Positions 61,801 through 64,000 of a DNA stretch of 64,000 nt are shown piece after piece; positions within the stretch are counted from its first letter, which is position 1, and every line of letters starts with the position of its first letter. The notes beneath the pieces were generated by a model. The model had not been told where the DNA came from, searched no databases, and worked only from the letters and a program-made list of their open reading frames with translations. The stretch is from NCBI RefSeq assembly GCF_964204645.1, contig NC_134034.1:12784962-12848961 (forward strand), given 5' to 3'. The position numbers and the translations under genes are program-made. The stretch is from Tubulanus polymorphus. Lineage: Eukaryota; Animalia; Nemertea.

Positions 61801-64000
61801 AATGACATTTCATCACATTTGATCAAGTTTTGGTACGATATTTCGATATATATTTCGATAAATACCTGTGAATAAAGGCAGCGTCTGCTGTTCGTCAGTT
61901 ATATTCATTTCTCGATCAATAGAGCGACGTCGTTTATGTGTTAAACACTGCCGCGTATCCTAAACATATCATCATACACACATGAAATTATTATCATTAG
62001 CATTTACCATATTCTATAAAAGACATCTCAAAGCCACCTTGTTCGGTGACTATTACGATAATGGCCGAGTGGGTTAAGCCGCCGGTCACTGGTCTCGTCA
62101 ATCCAGGGTTTATGGGTTCAAATCCTGGTGGCGACACGAGTTTCTTGGTCAAATGGTTCTTCTCTGGTCTCTCCCCCATTGGGAAAAAGAAACATCGAAC
62201 CCGCTGTGTGGCGCTAAGCGGGTTGAGGGTGTTAAAAAAAAAACAATTTCGATAATCAAGATCTCAGAGGGGCGCGTTTGAACTTTGAATCAGGATGTTT
62301 GCGCTGTACAAGAACTATTTGTAATTATCATTATCATCTTCCATATTTGGTGCCTTATTCAATGAGATTTTGTTGAAACCGATCGGATAAAACATTGATA
62401 TATAATAAAATTTTGGCTCGATTGAAAAGAGCTGATCTATGGTGGTTAAAATGATTGCTGAAATCTAATTGTAGATTGTTAAAACGGTTGAGATTTTCGA
62501 GAACTTACTCGAGGAATTAAATCAGCGGAATGAAGAGTTCCGACCGAATGACGACGAGTTCTACGATGAGTTATCGAGTTCGTCCGCCGCTGCTGCGCGT
62601 CCGACTCGTAAAGTCGCGACGACGTGGAATTTAGAGCTCGTACACTGTTACAAATATACTCCAACTGTTCGGCAAATACCGACAATATTCCTACGGACAA
62701 ACAAACAGTGAATCAGAGAAATAGTAGTAAAATTCTGACACTGCCTCAAACGAGTGGTTACTAGTGAGTGAGGCAGAGTCTCTGGTGAATCAGTGTAGCT
62801 CACAATATCCTTGAAAAAACGATAACAGTAAAATCCCACAATAAATGAATTAATGATATCAGAAACACCCATCTTCAATCAAAAATGACTTGCCAAAAAA
62901 AAATGGAAAATTTCTTTTTTTTGGCAAGTCACTTTTAACTGAAGAAGTTTGGTAGTAACCATCCTAAATATAAACTTTTCGTTAAATCATTTATTGAGGG
63001 ATTTTACTATTAGAATCTATGGTTATCATAATTTCAGTTTTGTCAAACTAAAGAATGAACTGTGTATGCGATATAGATGATGATAGCTGCATGGTTCATC
63101 TCTAAAATGAACCCTGATAGATGCATGGTTCACCGCTATTGATAGATACCTGGTTCGATGGATTGAACCTCATCGAATAGAACCCAGCTGCCGGCTTGTA
63201 GAATACCGCGTGTATACCTCAGTAACTGTGGTAAATCGAGACTCTGTGAACAGCTAACTGTCACTAAATGTCGTCCTAACATCTAAAATCAATAATCAAC
63301 TAAAACTTTTACTATCTTTGAAAATCGAATGTAAAAATAAAATTCTTTTGAAATTCTGGACTCGGTTTCATAGATGTGGAAGAAAAATAGTTCTTAGGAA
63401 CATTTTGAAATTCGTCAGTTATAACCATGGTTTCTCATTGTTACTACGGTGGTTGTCACCCAGATTTAGGAGTTACCCCTAGGGATAACTTAGATATTAG
63501 TCTATGAAACCGGGCCCCGGTCTGTGAATATTAAATAGGTTTAGATTTAAGTCTGGCTTTAGGGTCGATTTTGTACCTGCGCTAGGTTTTGAATCGTGTC
63601 CGTTTTACCAGTTGCCGAGCGACCGGTCAATGAGCCGCATTGTACGACTTGTAGCGACATCATCAGCGTCAAATACGCGCGATCGGTGAGAGGCGTAAAC
63701 ACTAAATCATGGTGCGGACTGTAATACTCGTAATCGTACGGGACTGCGTAACCGAGTTGGCGTACAACGCACGAACCAAACTCGTACGTCTGCTTGGTCG
63801 TCGCGGTTACCTTTGTCGTCTGTAACCGAGGAGCTCGTTCTGAAATAGAATTAAAAATCATTAGAAATTATTTACGGATCGAGTGCACATCCATTGTACC
63901 CACTTGTAGAGGGCAGCACCAGTGTATTGCACCACTAGGTGGCAGCACCAGTGTAAGTACCTCTAGTAGAATTACGTCTGATCTGTTTACGCTGCGTCTG
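29307..64000 (-). CDS. DNHD1: Divergent dynein heavy chain, dynein heavy chain domain-containing protein 1 (DNHD1)-like; 5'-partial (AAA1-AAA6, stalk/MTBD, C-terminus)
   Basis: 57 phase-consistent exons: 63961-64000, 63577-63839, 63150-63282, 62509-62690, 61866-61959, 61594-61784, 61243-61380, 60672-60819, 60115-60416, 59800-60021, 57562-57756, 56960-57248, 56450-56615, 55706-55917, 55208-55439, 54247-54433, 53885-53983, 52792-53026, 52569-52700, 52052-52230, 51310-51511, 50694-50831, 50145-50278, 49866-50058, 49332-49643, 49062-49196, 48797-48868, 48300-48460, 48057-48150, 47458-47600, 46524-46800, 45511-45684, 44860-44996, 44322-44522, 43248-43514, 42703-42848, 41772-42042, 41153-41275, 40388-40569, 40100-40302, 39181-39489, 38566-38635, 38163-38368, 37899-38084, 37278-37471, 36176-36488, 35214-35449, 34755-34856, 34579-34677, 34336-34489, 32942-33156, 32676-32775, 32303-32436, 31533-31835, 31293-31453, 30119-30680, 29307-29660. 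Motifs: [16 protein letters not shown]; P-loops GRSATGKT (AAA1), GAAGSGKT (AAA2), GAPGVGKS (AAA3), [10 protein letters not shown] (AAA4); [11 protein letters not shown]; [20 protein letters not shown]; [12 protein letters not shown]; [11 protein letters not shown]; FRLWIT; CPVY. Dynein heavy chain is certain; DNHD1 is inferred from the divergence pattern and insertions. Confidence 0.88.
30765..31250. repeat. 20-bp minisatellite GAACTGTGGAACTGGGTTCA (matches MITE family D TIR)
   Basis: Tandem units; the ORFs 30939-31220 and 30998-31264 are artefacts. Confidence 0.92.
31921..32048. mobile_element. MITE family A (~125-130 bp, Harbinger-like); further copies ~5835-5968, 32485-32600, 35880-36006, 42368-42455, 42520-42635, 54640-54766, 60926-61055, 61434-61552
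   Basis: TIR CAGTTGCTCAAAAGTTGGTTA / TAACCAACTTTTGAGCAACTG with shared interior ATAGTGACAATTGAAAGTTCATTGTTACTATGGTA; CAG TSD visible around the 35880 and 60926 copies. Confidence 0.85.
33270..34322. repeat. 93-bp intronic satellite, ~11 copies
   Basis: Unit GAGTTGGTGTCAAATACTGAGTAAGAGTTTGTGAAATACAGTAGACTCTGTCTCTTACTGCGGTAAAGTTGAGACTGGTAAAATTCTACCCC. Confidence 0.97.
37080..37160 (+). mobile_element. tRNA-derived SINE head (related minus-strand copy ~6080-6135)
   Basis: A-box-like TGGCATATGGTGG and B-box-like GGTTTCGAATCC; AATCCTAGTGAAACCATG is shared with the reverse complement of 6082-6100. No clean cloverleaf. Confidence 0.55.
37568..37905. repeat. (GACA)n/(GATG)n-containing ~50-70-bp tandem repeat copying a DNHD1 splice donor
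   Basis: GACTTACCCTGCAGTGTAAGAGCTGTCTAAC four times plus the authentic junction at 37897-37899. Confidence 0.9.
38767..39047. mobile_element. piggyBac-like non-autonomous element; copies 55496-55671 and partial ~36700-36928
   Basis: Termini TTAA|CCCTT(A/T)CAGTGC ... GC(A/G)CTGAAAGGG|T(T/C)A; TTAA plus CCC is the piggyBac signature. Interiors are shared (TCTACACCGCAGTGCAGTGTAT, CCCGTTATTCAACACACTAGGGTGGAATTTTT). Confidence 0.7.
39777..40020. mobile_element. Dispersed repeat with AGGGTGGCCAC terminus (hAT-like MITE); relatives ~57812-58015, ~46920-47175, ~4890-5107
   Basis: GTGAATCA.GAGA.ATTTCTAGGTT, GTATTGATAAAGAAACA and GCAAAATTTGTCAAA blocks are shared between 39850-39995 and 57880-58012. 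Confidence 0.6.
40700..41016. repeat. 40-bp minisatellite, ~8 copies
   Basis: Unit AAACCTGATAGAAGCGGCCGGTAGAGAGTTTGTAATCTGT; ORF 40581-41042 is an artefact. Confidence 0.95.
41298..41495. repeat. 16-18-bp minisatellite TAAACACCTGACCCCC
   Basis: Tandem units next to the acceptor of exon 41153-41275. Confidence 0.9.
42210..42339. mobile_element. MITE family C; copies 51613-51733 (nested in a palindromic MITE ~51570-51780) and 54516-54645
   Basis: TIR CCCAGTTTCAC(A/G)AAA / TTT(C/T)GTGAAACTGGG; shared interior ATGAGGACAACAATTCAAACTTAAC. Confidence 0.8.
43741..43834. repeat. (TA)n microsatellite
   Basis: About 46 TA units; the IYIY ORFs are artefacts. Confidence 0.98.
43936..43996 (-). mobile_element. 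tRNA-derived SINE head
   Basis: Minus strand TGGCCCACTGGTTAGCGCG (A box) ... GGGTTTGATCCCTGGTG (B-box-like); acceptor stem incomplete. Confidence 0.5.
45733..46128. repeat. ~38-42-bp minisatellite
   Basis: Unit GGGTATCGCTATAGCAGATTCCTCAACCTTCCCTCACTG, ~10 copies. Confidence 0.93.
47269..47365. mobile_element. MITE family D (CTG TSD); second copy ~35491-35596
   Basis: CTG|GACCCAGTTCCACAGTT ... AACTGTGGAACTGGATC|CTG. Confidence 0.75.
52295..52548. mobile_element. Non-autonomous DNA transposon with CATAGGCGTCCCCA TIRs and 5-bp TSD ATAAC
   Basis: ATAAC|CATAGGCGTCCCCA ... TGGGGACGCCTATG|ATAAC; fills most of a DNHD1 intron. Confidence 0.75.
53443..53887. repeat. 29-bp minisatellite copying a DNHD1 splice donor, ~15 copies
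   Basis: Unit GACACGTACCTGGCAGCAGCTAGTAACTA ending at the real junction 53883-53885. Confidence 0.95.
54003..54242. repeat. 61-bp tandem repeat (4 copies) making up almost a whole intron
   Basis: GAGTCACCAGAGATTGACTCCATTACA...GAATTTGAGTCAT four times between exons 53885-53983 and 54247-54433. Confidence 0.9.
55973..56362. mobile_element. Head-to-tail cluster of three MITE families (B, E, F)
   Basis: B 55973-56110; E ~56111-56210 (cf. 46259-46372); F ~56210-56362 (inverted copy at 63360-63517). Confidence 0.7.
56665..56935. repeat. 24-bp degenerate minisatellite
   Basis: Recurring TACTGGTCAAGGAATCTC.AGG. Confidence 0.85.
58030..59755. repeat. 1.7-kb array of a 20-bp unit with 40-bp dimer structure
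   Basis: GAACAGTGGAACTGGGTCCT alternating with GAACAGTAGAACTAGATCCT, ~85 units. Confidence 0.98.
62056..62243 (+). mobile_element. tRNA-derived SINE with A-tail
   Basis: A box TGGCCGAGTGG (62062-62072), B box GGTTCAAATCC (~62115-62125), unrelated body, ends in A10 at 62234-62243. Confidence 0.7.

Noticed and set aside
62056-62135. Functional tRNA gene
   Set aside because: A and B boxes are present but there is no consistent acceptor or anticodon stem, and it continues into a body with an A-tail, so it is SINE-like. The same applies to 37080-37160 and 43936-43996.

Overview
Repeat-rich eukaryotic (invertebrate metazoan-type) genomic DNA with GT-AG introns; no prokaryotic features, rRNA or CRISPR. 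Three spliced protein genes were reconstructed by hand with consistent intron phases. (1) A GALNT1/13-type polypeptide N-acetylgalactosaminyltransferase (minus strand, 10 coding exons 6637->43; last exon lies left of the window). (2) An Alba-domain Rpp25/Rpp25L gene (plus, 26766-28910) whose start codon appears split by an intron (A|TG) and which has a long RGG tail. (3) The 3' part (motor domain to stop) of a divergent dynein heavy chain, most like DNHD1 (minus, 57 exons, 64000->29307). Introns and the 10-26 kb intergenic gap hold minisatellites, a ~240-bp satellite, several MITE families (Harbinger-like with CWG target duplications, piggyBac-like, hAT-like) and tRNA-derived SINEs. The best novel candidate is a ~235-bp inverted duplication of an RTE-type LINE fragment (24195-24970). 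Its substitutions are strongly biased to G:U-compatible changes on the minus strand, as expected of a hairpin-RNA (endo-siRNA precursor) locus. Also notable: tandem arrays that copy real splice sites, satellites derived from MITE parts, and a chain of micro-hairpin elements separated by a 7-bp repeat. Coordinates and counts were made by eye and may be off by a few bases.
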